Origin: Clostridiaceae bacterium
GTDB lineage: Bacteria; Bacillota; Clostridia; Saccharofermentanales; Fastidiosipilaceae
Assembly: GCA_012800655.1 (NCBI GenBank)
Contig: JAAZIX010000082.1
Span: 1 to 42,722, forward strand
Reading direction: 5' to 3'
Length of the DNA: 42,722 nucleotides
Below, in pieces: positions 27,849 to 36,992 of this stretch (positions within the stretch are counted from its first letter, which is position 1; each line of letters begins with the position of its first letter). Below the pieces are notes generated by a model. The model saw nothing but the letters and a program-made list of their open reading frames with translations, did no database searches and was not told the DNA's origin. Position numbers and translations under genes: made by a program.

Positions 27849-28611
27849 GACCGCTGCCGAAGTCGATGCGATTCGCGCTTCCGGAATGATTCTTCGCGAG
27901 GTTTTTACACAGCTGGAGGATTTTATCCGTCCGGGGGTTACCACCGAGGAAATTAATTACTTGGCCGAAGAGACTATCCGTTCGCGAGGCGCAATTCCCT
28001 CTTTTCTTAATTATGGCGGCGGCTATGGCATACCGCCATTTCCGGCAGCCGCCTGTATATCCGTAAATGATGAGATTATTCACGGGATACCGTCCGAACG
28101 GCGTCTGGAATCCGGCGATGTCGTCAGTGTCGATTTGGGTGCCTGTCTGGACGGTTGGCATTCCGACGCTTGCCGCACTTATGCGGTGGGTGACTGCTCG
28201 GAAGACAGCCTTAATCTGATTGCGACCGCCGAAAAAGCCTTTCATGTCGGCTTGGCAAAAATCAAACCGGGCAACCGCCTGGGAGATATGCAGGCGGCCG
28301 TATATGCGGAGATTGTCGCCGGCGGTTGCGATGTCGTGCGTAATTTCTCCGGGCACGGAATCGGTCGCTCCCTGCATGAAGATCCGGTAATTTACAATTA
28401 CGGGCAGGCTGGTCGGGGAGTTAAATTTGTACCGGGGATGGTATTTTGTCTGGAACCGATGATTGCGGCAGGTTCGGCGGATTACTATTTTATGGACGAT
28501 GGCTGGACGGTGAGAACCCGGGACGGCAGTTGGGCGGCTCATTATGAGAATACCATCGCGGTTACCGAGACCGGTGCGGAATTGCTGACTTGCGGTGAGG
28601 ATTGTGCTTAA
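27835..28611 (+). CDS. map: Type I methionine aminopeptidase
   Basis: MIVIKTAAEVDAIRASGMILREV...; metal ligands are in context (VSVDLGA, GHGIG, EPM). The ATG at 27835 overlaps the adk end; the ORF track start at 27763 is upstream and out of context. Confidence 0.95.
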   Translation: MIVIKTAAEVDAIRASGMILREVFTQLEDFIRPGVTTEEINYLAEETIRSRGAIPSFLNYGGGYGIPPFPAAACISVNDEIIHGIPSERRLESGDVVSVDLGACLDGWHSDACRTYAVGDCSEDSLNLIATAEKAFHVGLAKIKPGNRLGDMQAAVYAEIVAGGCDVVRNFSGHGIGRSLHEDPVIYNYGQAGRGVKFVPGMVFCLEPMIAAGSADYYFMDDGWTVRTRDGSWAAHYENTIAVTETGAELLTCGEDCA

Positions 28612-28936
28612 GGGTGAGTTCAACCGGGGCGATCTGGTAGTATCTGTTGCCGGACATGACCGGGGAGATTTACTGATAGTTCTCGGCCCGGAATCGGAAC
28701 CGAGCCGAGAAAAAGCACCGCGTTACCTGGTTGCGGACGGCAGGCGCCGCAGTGTGGCACGGGGAAAGCTGAAAAAGAAAAACGGCCTGCATTTGCGGAT
28801 GACGGAACCGGGCTTTGCCCCTTGTCTGCCGACGGATTTACCGCCGCCGCTGACACAGGAAGCCTATAACCTCGATGCGTACCTGCGTTGCCTGATTAAG
28901 GATTATACCGCCGGGCAAAACGGGAAAAAATATTAG
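28595..28936 (+). CDS. KOW-domain RNA-binding protein (small conserved protein found between map and infA in Clostridia)
   Basis: [23 protein letters not shown]...[25 protein letters not shown] follows the KOW G-x-D-x-G pattern and occupies the conserved map-X-infA slot. The start is uncertain (GTG at 28595 or 28604). Confidence 0.7.
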   Translation: MRIVLKGEFNRGDLVVSVAGHDRGDLLIVLGPESEPSREKAPRYLVADGRRRSVARGKLKKKNGLHLRMTEPGFAPCLPTDLPPPLTQEAYNLDAYLRCLIKDYTAGQNGKKY

Positions 28937-28949
28937 AGAAAGGAATGAC

Positions 28950-29168
28950 ATGCCGAAAGAAGAAGTTATTGAGGTGCAAGGCATAGTAGAGGACTCGTTG
29001 CCTAATGCCCAGTTCAAGGTAAAGCTGGAAAACGGCTTTGAGGTTCTTGCCCACATCTCAGGTAAGCTGCGACAGAATTATATAAAAATTCTGCCCGGCG
29101 ACCGGGTCACATTGGAGCTTTCTCCGTACGACCTGACGCGGGGGCGCATTACCTGGAGGGCAAAATAA
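28950..29168 (+). CDS. infA: Translation initiation factor IF-1
   Basis: [70 protein letters not shown]. Confidence 0.98.
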   Translation: MPKEEVIEVQGIVEDSLPNAQFKVKLENGFEVLAHISGKLRQNYIKILPGDRVTLELSPYDLTRGRITWRAK

Positions 29169-29240
29169 CCATTAAAGCAAGAAAAGGGCCCGTTAACTTA
29201 CAGCAAGCTGACAAAGTTAGCGAATGAGCTCAAAACGTGC

Positions 29241-29270
29241 TTGAACTAGGCAAATGATTTGTTATATAAT
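29241..29270 (+). promoter_or_regulatory. Internal promoter ahead of rpmJ-rpsM-rpsK-rpoA-rplQ
   Basis: TTGAAC (29241-29246), 18-nt spacer, TATAAT (29265-29270), in the 213-nt infA-rpmJ gap. Confidence 0.5.
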
Positions 29271-29381
29271 TGCAAATTGCGTTCGTTGATTCGATGGCAG
29301 AGTTTTATCCGTCGTGCGAACGAGAACGAAGCGAAGATAATTATTATCTGTGCCGGCAGATGAAAGAAGAGGTGATGCACA

Positions 29382-29495
29382 GTGAAAGTGAGACCTTCCG
29401 TTAAGCCGATGTGCGAGAAATGTAAGGTAATTAAGCGCAAGGGAACCGTTATGGTAATCTGCTCCGACCCTCGCCATAAGCAGCGCCAGGGATAG
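29382..29495 (+). CDS. rpmJ: 50S ribosomal protein L36 (zinc-binding form)
   Basis: Not in the ORF track because it is too short. The GTG start translates to [37 protein letters not shown], with TAG at 29493-29495. The SD AGAGGTGA is upstream. Confidence 0.93.
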   Translation: MKVRPSVKPMCEKCKVIKRKGTVMVICSDPRHKQRQG

Positions 29496-29540
29496 AGCTC
29501 GATTACGAGCTGATAAGTAAGGATTTGTGGAGGAAATTTA

Positions 29541-29912
29541 ATGGCACGTATAGCGGGTGTTGACCTGCCGACCAGCAAGCGCATAGAAATCGCGCTGACC
29601 TATATTTATGGAATCGGCCGTACATACGCCAAAGAAGTGGTGGAGAAGACCGGAATTAACCCGGATACCAGAGTTAAGGATCTGACCGAGGACGAGATAA
29701 CTCAGATCAGAACCGTTCTGGAACGCGACTACCACATAGAGGGAGATCTGCGTCGTGACGTGGCGATGAACATTAAACGCCTGACCGAGATCGGTTGTTA
29801 CCGCGGGCGTCGCCATCGCATGGGATTGCCGGTACGCGGCCAGCGAACCAAGACAAACGCGAGAACCCGCAAGGGACCGAATCGTCGTTCCGTAACCGGC
29901 AGACGCAGATAG
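29541..29912 (+). CDS. rpsM: 30S ribosomal protein S13
   Basis: [33 protein letters not shown]... Confidence 0.98.
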   Translation: MARIAGVDLPTSKRIEIALTYIYGIGRTYAKEVVEKTGINPDTRVKDLTEDEITQIRTVLERDYHIEGDLRRDVAMNIKRLTEIGCYRGRRHRMGLPVRGQRTKTNARTRKGPNRRSVTGRRR

Positions 29913-29926
29913 GAGGACTTATTTAA

Positions 29927-30325
29927 ATGGCAAAACAGGCTAGAAGAACCGCTCGTCCCCGTCGGCGTGCGCGTAAGAATGTAGAACACGGGCATGCTCA
30001 TATCCATGCTACTTTTAATAACACCATAGTCTCCATTACCGATCCGAGCGGGAACGGTATTTCCTGGTCCAGCTCAGGTGCCAGCGGAATGAAGGGCTCA
30101 CGCAAAGGCACACCCTTTGCGGCTCAATTGGCTGCCGAGTCCGCCGCCAGAACCGCTGCCGAGCACGGTATGCGCACGGTTGAGGTCTATGTGAAAGGCC
30201 CCGGTCCCGGACGCGAGTCGGCGATTCGCGCGTTGCAGGCGGCCGGACTGGACGTGACGTATATTAAAGACGTTACGCCTTTGCCTCATAACGGCTGTCG
30301 CCCCCCAAAACGCCGTCGGGTCTAG
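29927..30325 (+). CDS. rpsK: 30S ribosomal protein S11
   Basis: [30 protein letters not shown]...[18 protein letters not shown]. Confidence 0.98.
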   Translation: MAKQARRTARPRRRARKNVEHGHAHIHATFNNTIVSITDPSGNGISWSSSGASGMKGSRKGTPFAAQLAAESAARTAAEHGMRTVEVYVKGPGPGRESAIRALQAAGLDVTYIKDVTPLPHNGCRPPKRRRV

Positions 30326-30410
30326 TTTTATTGAACAGGGCGGCACGTATGTGCGGCCGTAGCACCCTAACCCGCTTTATTGCCGGCTCGATATCCGGCA
30401 GGAGGTAATA

Positions 30411-31367
30411 ATGATAGATACAAGCAAGACTCAACTGAGAGTTGCTGAGCTGAGTAAAGATAAAACTTACGGTAAGTTTACGGTTGAACCGCTGGAGCGC
30501 GGCTACGGTGTCACATTGGGGAACTCTCTACGCCGGGTGCTATTGTCTTCTCTTCCCGGAGCGGCCGTAACGGCGATCCGAATCGAGGGTGTTCTCCATG
30601 AGTACTCCACGGTTCCCGGCGTCATCGAAGACGTGACCGAGATGATTCTCAACATTAAGGGGATTAATCTGAGGTTGAATGTCGAAGGACCTAAGACAAT
30701 GTATCTCAGTGCCGAAGTCGGTCGTACCGGTGCGTTGTTGGCGAAAGATATTGTCGTCGATGACGAGGTAGAGATTGTCAATCCGGAGCATCACATCGCC
30801 ACCCTGAACGGTGAGGGGAAGCTCTATATTGAATTGACGGTTGCGTCGGGCGTCGGTTATCGCCCTTCAGATAAGAATAAATGGGCAAATCAGCCGATCG
30901 GGATTATTCCGGTTGATTCGATTTTCAATCCGGTTCTCAAAGTGACATACGCGGTTGAAAATACCCGTGTCGGTCAGATTACCGACTATGATAAGTTGAC
31001 CCTCGAGGTCTGGACGGACGGAACGATTTCCGCGGATCAGGCAGTGAGCGGCGCGGCGCGCATTCTCTGTGATCATCTGCTGCCCTTTATTGATTTGACG
31101 GATGCCCAATTCGCCGCCATATATCGCCGCAGTTCCGATGAGGATGAGCAGAGCAAGCTACTCGAAGATCCGATTGAGGACTTGGGCTTTACAGTGCGTA
31201 CCTACAACTGCTTGAAGAGAGCCGGCATAAACACAGTCGGCGATTTGGTGGTACGTTCGGAAGAAGAAATGATGAAAGTACGTAACTTGGGCAAGAAGTC
31301 CTTGGAAGAGGTCATCACGAAGCTTGATGAAATCGGCCTATACCTTGCCTTCAAGAGCGACGTATAA
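30411..31367 (+). CDS. rpoA: DNA-directed RNA polymerase subunit alpha
   Basis: [45 protein letters not shown] and a C-terminal domain with [18 protein letters not shown]. Confidence 0.98.
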   Translation: MIDTSKTQLRVAELSKDKTYGKFTVEPLERGYGVTLGNSLRRVLLSSLPGAAVTAIRIEGVLHEYSTVPGVIEDVTEMILNIKGINLRLNVEGPKTMYLSAEVGRTGALLAKDIVVDDEVEIVNPEHHIATLNGEGKLYIELTVASGVGYRPSDKNKWANQPIGIIPVDSIFNPVLKVTYAVENTRVGQITDYDKLTLEVWTDGTISADQAVSGAARILCDHLLPFIDLTDAQFAAIYRRSSDEDEQSKLLEDPIEDLGFTVRTYNCLKRAGINTVGDLVVRSEEEMMKVRNLGKKSLEEVITKLDEIGLYLAFKSDV

Positions 31368-31385
31368 CCGCAGGAGGAAATATAA

Positions 31386-31913
31386 ATGTCTGCACCACGT
31401 AAATTAGGACGCAAATCGGCGGCTCGCCGCGCCATGTTAAGGGGACTGGTCACGGACCTGATTCTGTACGGATCAATCGAAACCACCTTGCAGCGTGCTC
31501 AGGAAACCCGCAAGATCGCCGAACGTCTGATTACCAGCGCAATTAAAGAGCGCGATAATTACACGACCAAAGAGGTTCTCGTCTCGGGCGCCCGTCTTGA
31601 TGGTAAGTCCCGCAAGGTTCTGGCACAGAAGACTTCGCTTTCCGGAAACGAGATGGATGTTGTGGTTCGGGAACTGAAAACCGAAATGCGTCAGGTTGAC
31701 AATCCGTCCCGGCTGGCGGCTCGCCGCCGGGCCATGAATTGGCTGATTCGCCGCACCGACGACAATGGACGCCGAATCAATCCGGTCAATCACCTGTTCA
31801 ACGATGTCGCACCGCGCTTTGTTGACCGTAACGGCGGCTATACGTCCATAGTGCGTCTCGGCCCCCGTCGCGGCGACGGAGCGATGATGGTTCGACTGAG
31901 CCTGGTTGAATAA
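31386..31913 (+). CDS. rplQ: 50S ribosomal protein L17 with an internal insertion of about 50 aa
   Basis: N-terminus RKLGRKSAARRAMLRGLVTDLILYGSIETT and C-terminus GGYTSIVRLGPRRGDGAMMVRLSLVE are canonical L17. It is 175 aa versus about 120 aa in Bacillus. Confidence 0.95.
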   Translation: MSAPRKLGRKSAARRAMLRGLVTDLILYGSIETTLQRAQETRKIAERLITSAIKERDNYTTKEVLVSGARLDGKSRKVLAQKTSLSGNEMDVVVRELKTEMRQVDNPSRLAARRRAMNWLIRRTDDNGRRINPVNHLFNDVAPRFVDRNGGYTSIVRLGPRRGDGAMMVRLSLVE

Positions 31914-31935
31914 CAACAATTAGGCGAGTTAAAAC

Positions 31936-31960
31936 GGGGCAAGCAATTGCCCCTTTTTTT
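31936..31960 (+). terminator. Rho-independent terminator after rplQ
   Basis: GGGGCAA-GCAA-TTGCCCC (7-bp stem, 4-nt loop) followed by 7 T. Confidence 0.85.
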
Positions 31961-31971
31961 GATAGGAATTC

Positions 31972-33837
31972 ATGACGAGTCAAGCCGCACAGTTAAAATA
32001 CGAGCCCGGGCAGACCATTATAGAAATCGAAGGTCTGAGTTTTTCCTATGAGCCAGATCAGCCTGAAGCACCTAATGCGCTTAATGGCGTTGACTTGGAG
32101 GTGAAGGCCGGAACACATTTGGCTATTCTCGGCCGCAACGGTTCGGGGAAGTCTACCCTGGCGCGCCTAATAGACGCTTTGGAGTTGCCTCTGTCCGGAC
32201 GGATCCGGGTCGACGGCATCGAGGCGGTGGACGATGAGACGAGTTATATGGTGCGTCGCCGTTGCGGTCTGGTGTTTCAGAATCCGGATAACCAGATTAT
32301 AGGTACGACGGTCGAAGAAGATGTGGCTTTCGGACCGGAGAATCTGGGTATTCCCAATCCGGAACTGCGTGATCGGGTAGATACCGCTTTGGCCATCGTC
32401 GGATTGAGCGAATATGCGCAGCGTCCGCCCGCCCAGCTCTCGGGCGGCATGAAGCAGAAGCTCGCGATCGCGGGAATCATGGCTATGCAGCCGCGCGTTC
32501 TGATTCTCGACGAGGCGACATCGATGCTTGATCCGTTCAGCCGTCGGGATTTCATGGAACTCGTTCAAAAACTCAATCGCGAAGAAAAGCTGACCGTACT
32601 CAATATCACGCATAATATGGAAGAGGCTATGGCGGCCGACTTTGTAGTGGTTATGCATGAGGGTAAAATTCTGCTCAGAGGCCGGCCGGAACAGATATTT
32701 GCTCATGCCGCGGAAATCATCGACGCGGGGCTGGATGTACCGGCCCATGCGGCCATAGCGCACCTGCTTTCCAAAGAGTTGAATCTGCCCATATGCCCGG
32801 AAGAGGCGGCGAGTTTTACCGGCGCAATCAACACCGTTACGCGCTTGATGTGCACGGCCGCGGAACGGGAAGACACAGCGAATGGGCCCGCTTCGCCGGC
32901 TGATCCTATAGTGAGCGGGTCAGCAGTTTTCGCCGGAGAGATTATTGTCGAAGTTGAAGATCTATCATACACATACAACCCAAATACACCCGGTGCCACG
33001 GAAGCCTTGCATGAAGTTAATTTGCAGGTCAGACGCGGCGAGGTGCTGGGCATAATGGGGCACAGCGGTTCGGGAAAATCCACCCTGGTGCAGCATTTGA
33101 ATGGATTGATCAGGCCGCAAACGGGGTCGGTGCGCGTACTTGGCTTTAACACCCGGCTTAATAAGGAAATTCGCGAACTGCGCCGGATGGTCGGACTGGT
33201 TTTTCAATATCCCGAACATCAGCTGTTTGCCGACTCGGTCTTTGCCGATATCGCCTACGGCCCGAAACGTCTGGGTCTGAGTGAGGCGGAGGTGGAGCGT
33301 CGCGTCTATGCCGCGGCGGAGATCGTCGGATTTGATCCGGATATTCTGCAACGCTCGCCCTTCGAACTGTCCGGTGGCCAAAAACGCCGAGCCGCGATGG
33401 CCGGAGTGATTGCGATGGAACCAGAGGTGCTGATTTTAGACGAACCGGCGGCAGGTCTCGATCCGGCCGGCCGGGAGGAGATTCTCGGTTATGTCCGGGA
33501 ATTGGCGCATAAGGGTCGGACGATAATTCTCGTCTCGCATAATATGGAAGATTTGGCGCGTTTTGCCGATCGACTTTTGGTTATGAAGGACGGCAGGTCG
33601 CTTTTTTTGGGAACGACGGATGAGGTTTTCAGTCGGGTCGATATCCTTGCGGCGGCGGGTCTTGAGAAACCGCGGACGGCGCAATTTATGGAGGCTCTGG
33701 CGGAGGAGCATCCCGACTGGCCGATTGGGACCAATGCCTATAGCGTTGAGGCGGCGGTGCGGATGATTCGACAGGCCGGAGTGCCGAAGCCGGCGGAGAG
33801 ACGATCGGCGGTGACAAAGCCGCAGGTGGAGCGATGA
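31972..33837 (+). CDS. ecfA: Energy-coupling factor (ECF) transporter ATPase, EcfA1-EcfA2 fused in one polypeptide
   Basis: Two complete NBDs are present. The first has GRNGSGKST / LSGGMKQKLAIA / LILDEATSMLD. The second has GHSGSGKST / LSGGQKRRAAMA / LILDEPAAGLD. It is followed by ecfT in the conserved rplQ-ecfA-ecfA'-ecfT-truA context. Confidence 0.9.
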   Translation: MTSQAAQLKYEPGQTIIEIEGLSFSYEPDQPEAPNALNGVDLEVKAGTHLAILGRNGSGKSTLARLIDALELPLSGRIRVDGIEAVDDETSYMVRRRCGLVFQNPDNQIIGTTVEEDVAFGPENLGIPNPELRDRVDTALAIVGLSEYAQRPPAQLSGGMKQKLAIAGIMAMQPRVLILDEATSMLDPFSRRDFMELVQKLNREEKLTVLNITHNMEEAMAADFVVVMHEGKILLRGRPEQIFAHAAEIIDAGLDVPAHAAIAHLLSKELNLPICPEEAASFTGAINTVTRLMCTAAEREDTANGPASPADPIVSGSAVFAGEIIVEVEDLSYTYNPNTPGATEALHEVNLQVRRGEVLGIMGHSGSGKSTLVQHLNGLIRPQTGSVRVLGFNTRLNKEIRELRRMVGLVFQYPEHQLFADSVFADIAYGPKRLGLSEAEVERRVYAAAEIVGFDPDILQRSPFELSGGQKRRAAMAGVIAMEPEVLILDEPAAGLDPAGREEILGYVRELAHKGRTIILVSHNMEDLARFADRLLVMKDGRSLFLGTTDEVFSRVDILAAAGLEKPRTAQFMEALAEEHPDWPIGTNAYSVEAAVRMIRQAGVPKPAERRSAVTKPQVER

Positions 33838-34655
33838 ATATTACACTGGGCAATTATTATCCGGCTGATTCTATTCTGCATCGCCTCGATCCGCGCGTGA
33901 AGTTACTAGCGGCTCTTACCGTGATGATCGTGATTTTCTTCCTGAATTCGCCTTTGACTCTGCTACTCTTCGCATTAGGTCTTATTGCGGGAATCGCGGC
34001 TTCGCGAGTGCCGTTTAAATTGGTTTTGCGCTCGGTGCGCCCGGTGATTTTCATCGCGACTTTCGCCTTTTTGATCAATATTTTTATGACGCCGGGAACC
34101 GAGCTATGGTCGCTCGGACCGTTGACGATTACGCAGCAGGGTCTGCTGGTCGGAATTAAGATGGCACTGCGTCTATTCTTCCTGATTATGACCACTACTC
34201 TCCTGATGACGCTGACCACGACGCCGCTGGAGATGGCGGACGCAATCGAGAGTCTATTGCGTCCCCTGGAGAAAATTCGCTTCCCCAGCCACGAACTGGC
34301 GATGATGATGTCGATAGCTCTGCGCTTTGTTCCGACTTTGGCGGACGAGACGGCCCGGATCATGAAGGCACAGTCCTCGCGCGGCGCCGATTTCGATACC
34401 GGCGGCCTGATTAAGAGGGCAAAGGGTTTGGTCACTGTGCTCGTGCCGTTATTCGTCAGTGCGTTTAAGCGTGCTGAAGAGCTGGCTCTGGCCATGGAGT
34501 CGCGCTGCTATCGGGGCGGTAGCGGGAGGACGAAGTTGCGCGAATTGAAGCTACGCCCGTCCGACCGCTGGGGCGGAGCGGTGCTTATACTGATCTGTGC
34601 GGCGCTGTTATTGATTGAGTATATGGTGCCGCTCGGTTGGTTCGGGTTGGCATAA
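33834..34655 (+). CDS. ecfT: ECF transporter transmembrane (T) component
   Basis: 273 aa and polytopic. LHRLDPRVKLL at the N-terminus and the ARG coupling-helix motifs (IALRFVPTL...KAQSSRGADF) are typical of EcfT/CbiQ. ATGA overlap with ecfA. Confidence 0.92.
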   Translation: MNITLGNYYPADSILHRLDPRVKLLAALTVMIVIFFLNSPLTLLLFALGLIAGIAASRVPFKLVLRSVRPVIFIATFAFLINIFMTPGTELWSLGPLTITQQGLLVGIKMALRLFFLIMTTTLLMTLTTTPLEMADAIESLLRPLEKIRFPSHELAMMMSIALRFVPTLADETARIMKAQSSRGADFDTGGLIKRAKGLVTVLVPLFVSAFKRAEELALAMESRCYRGGSGRTKLRELKLRPSDRWGGAVLILICAALLLIEYMVPLGWFGLA

Positions 34656-35521
34656 TGACTTTTACGACAGAAATGAATCCTTCGACGGAGCGACCGGTCG
34701 GGCGCTATTTTGCTCTGCTGACGGAGTTCGACGGTACGGATTTCGTCGGTTGGCAGGAGCAGTTGAATTTACGCAGTGTGCAGGGCACGTTGCGCCGGGC
34801 CATCAGTCGGCTGGCAAAAGAGCCGATTGTCCTGACGGGCTGCAGCCGAACCGACAGCGGTGTACACGCGGCGGGTCATGTGAGCAGCTTTTGCACCACG
34901 GTGGGTATCCCCACCGAAAAATGGCCGCCGGCGCTGAATTCGATTTTACCCGACGATATAAGCGTGATCGATGCGTTCTGCTTTGAGGAATATCCTTTTG
35001 ATGCCCGGCGCGAAGCTATGGACAAGCAATATAGTTATCTCATATTGAATCGCCGCAATCCGTCGGCGCTACTGACCAGAAAATATTATTTCGAACCGCG
35101 GCCGCTGGACGTGGCGGCGATGAATCAGGCCGCGGCATCCTTCATCGGAAGACATGATTTCCGTGCTTTCATGGCTACGGGCAGTGAAATAAAGACAACA
35201 ATCCGGACGATATATGAGCTTTGCGTCGAGCCGGATGTCGCGCAGCGGGATTGCTGGGTGATCCGCGTGCGCGGTGACGGCTTTTTGTACAACATGGTGC
35301 GCATTATCGCCGGAACTTTGGTCGAGGTTGGCCTGGGCAAGATCAGACCGGAGGAGGTCGCCGCGATGATTGTCGGTGGTGAACGCAAGGATGCCGGACT
35401 CACTCTCCCGGCCAAGGGCCTGCGGCTGGATTTTGTTACATATAAGCAAGGGCTGTTTGGCTACCGACCTTTGAGGGGGTATAATGAGCACGACCGAAAG
35501 GAACTCGAGGAGTATATATGA
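34655..35521 (+). CDS. truA: tRNA pseudouridine(38-40) synthase TruA
   Basis: YFALLTEFDGTDFVGWQEQ...GCSRTDSGVHAAGHV (catalytic Asp)...GDGFLYNMVRIIAGTL. The ATG at 34655 overlaps the ecfT stop (TAATG); GTG at 34637 is an alternative. Confidence 0.93.
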   Translation: MTFTTEMNPSTERPVGRYFALLTEFDGTDFVGWQEQLNLRSVQGTLRRAISRLAKEPIVLTGCSRTDSGVHAAGHVSSFCTTVGIPTEKWPPALNSILPDDISVIDAFCFEEYPFDARREAMDKQYSYLILNRRNPSALLTRKYYFEPRPLDVAAMNQAAASFIGRHDFRAFMATGSEIKTTIRTIYELCVEPDVAQRDCWVIRVRGDGFLYNMVRIIAGTLVEVGLGKIRPEEVAAMIVGGERKDAGLTLPAKGLRLDFVTYKQGLFGYRPLRGYNEHDRKELEEYI

Positions 35522-36984
35522 AAAAGAGCTGGAACCAGAGAACAAATATGACGATGTTGACCGATTTCTACGAGTTGACGATGTCACAGGGTTATTTTGA
35601 TAGTGGTTTGAAAGACACACAGGCCTGCTATGACTTGTATTTTCGCCAGGTTCCCGAGGGGGGCGGCTTTGCCATCATGGCCGGTGTCGAACAGATGATG
35701 GACTATCTGGAGAACCTCTCCTTTACCGATGACGATGTCGACTATTTGCGTTCCACGGCCAACTTCAGCGAGGAGTTTCTGACTTATCTGCGGAATCTTA
35801 AGTTTGAGTGTGATGTCTGGGCCATTCCCGAGGGGACGCCCTTATTTCCCAACGAGCCGATCGTAAAGGTACGCGGTCCGATTATTCAGGCACAGATGAT
35901 CGAGACGATGCTTCTATTGACTATTAACCATCAATCGCTGATTGCCACCAAGGCGAGTCGAATCGTCCGTGCCGGGCAGGGACGGGCGATTATGGAATTC
36001 GGCGCCCGCCGTGCGCAGGGGACGGATGCCTCCGTTCTGGGAGCCAGAGCTGCCTATATCGGCGGTGCTCATGGAACTTCCTGCACGATTTGCGGTGAAC
36101 AGTTCGGTATTCCGCTCTCCGGAACAATGGCGCACAGCTTCGTCCAGGCTTTTCCGACCGAGTATGAGGCCTTTGTCGCCTACGCGAAGTCCTGGCCGGA
36201 TCAGGCGGTCTTTCTGGTTGACACATACAATGTCCTTAACAGCGGTATACCGAATACAATTAGGGTCTCCCGTGAGATTCTCGAGCCGCGAGGCAAGCGC
36301 GTCAAGGGCATACGTATAGACAGCGGAGACCTAACCTGGTTGACCAAGGAGTCGCGGGCGATGCTCGATGCCGCCGGGATGGAAGATTGTCGGATTATAG
36401 TCAGCAATGCTCTGGATGAATATTTGATCAGCGACCTGATCAATCAGGGTGCGATCTTTGACTCCTGTGGGGTCGGGGAACGCCTGATTACCTCCCGATC
36501 CGAGCCGGTCTTCGGCGGTGTGTATAAGTTGGCCGGGATTGAGGTCGACGGTAGGATGGAGCCGAGGATGAAGGTCTCGGAGAACTTGGCTAAGATCACG
36601 ACGCCGGGATCGAAGGAAGTGTGGCGCTTCTTCGATAATGAGACCGGCATGGCGATCGCCGATCTGATCACGCTGGACGACGAGGTAATCGATACAAGTG
36701 AGTCGTATGAACTCTTTGACCCGATCCACACCTGGAAGCGCAAGACGGTAACCAATTTTACGGCGCGTAAATTGCTACAGCCGATATTTGAGAAAGGGCG
36801 TTGCGTCTACCCGCGCTATAATGTCCAGGATATCCGCCGCTATTGTGCCGAACAACAGGAAACCCTGTGGGATTCGGTAAAACGCTTCAACAATCCGCAA
36901 ACCTATTACGTCGATTTATCACTCAAACTCTGGGAGATTCGTAATGCTTTACTACATCGATACGGAGTTCCTAATAATCAGTGA
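35518..36984 (+). CDS. pncB: Nicotinate phosphoribosyltransferase
   Basis: MLTDFYELTMSQGYF... and GTMAHSFVQAF motifs; 488 aa; ATGA overlap with truA. Confidence 0.93.
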   Translation: MKKSWNQRTNMTMLTDFYELTMSQGYFDSGLKDTQACYDLYFRQVPEGGGFAIMAGVEQMMDYLENLSFTDDDVDYLRSTANFSEEFLTYLRNLKFECDVWAIPEGTPLFPNEPIVKVRGPIIQAQMIETMLLLTINHQSLIATKASRIVRAGQGRAIMEFGARRAQGTDASVLGARAAYIGGAHGTSCTICGEQFGIPLSGTMAHSFVQAFPTEYEAFVAYAKSWPDQAVFLVDTYNVLNSGIPNTIRVSREILEPRGKRVKGIRIDSGDLTWLTKESRAMLDAAGMEDCRIIVSNALDEYLISDLINQGAIFDSCGVGERLITSRSEPVFGGVYKLAGIEVDGRMEPRMKVSENLAKITTPGSKEVWRFFDNETGMAIADLITLDDEVIDTSESYELFDPIHTWKRKTVTNFTARKLLQPIFEKGRCVYPRYNVQDIRRYCAEQQETLWDSVKRFNNPQTYYVDLSLKLWEIRNALLHRYGVPNNQ

Positions 36985-36992
36985 GGTAGAAA

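Noticed and set aside
27673-28623. 316-aa ORF on the minus strand
   Set aside because: It is antisense to map and adk, a shadow ORF with no recognisable domain.
33857-34495. 212-aa ORF on the minus strand
   Set aside because: It is antisense to ecfT. The composition is Arg/Ser-rich and there is no domain signature.
34615-34986. 123-aa + strand ORF overlapping truA in another frame
   Set aside because: The truA frame carries the conserved catalytic motifs, whereas the alternative frame is Arg/Gly/Cys-rich noise.
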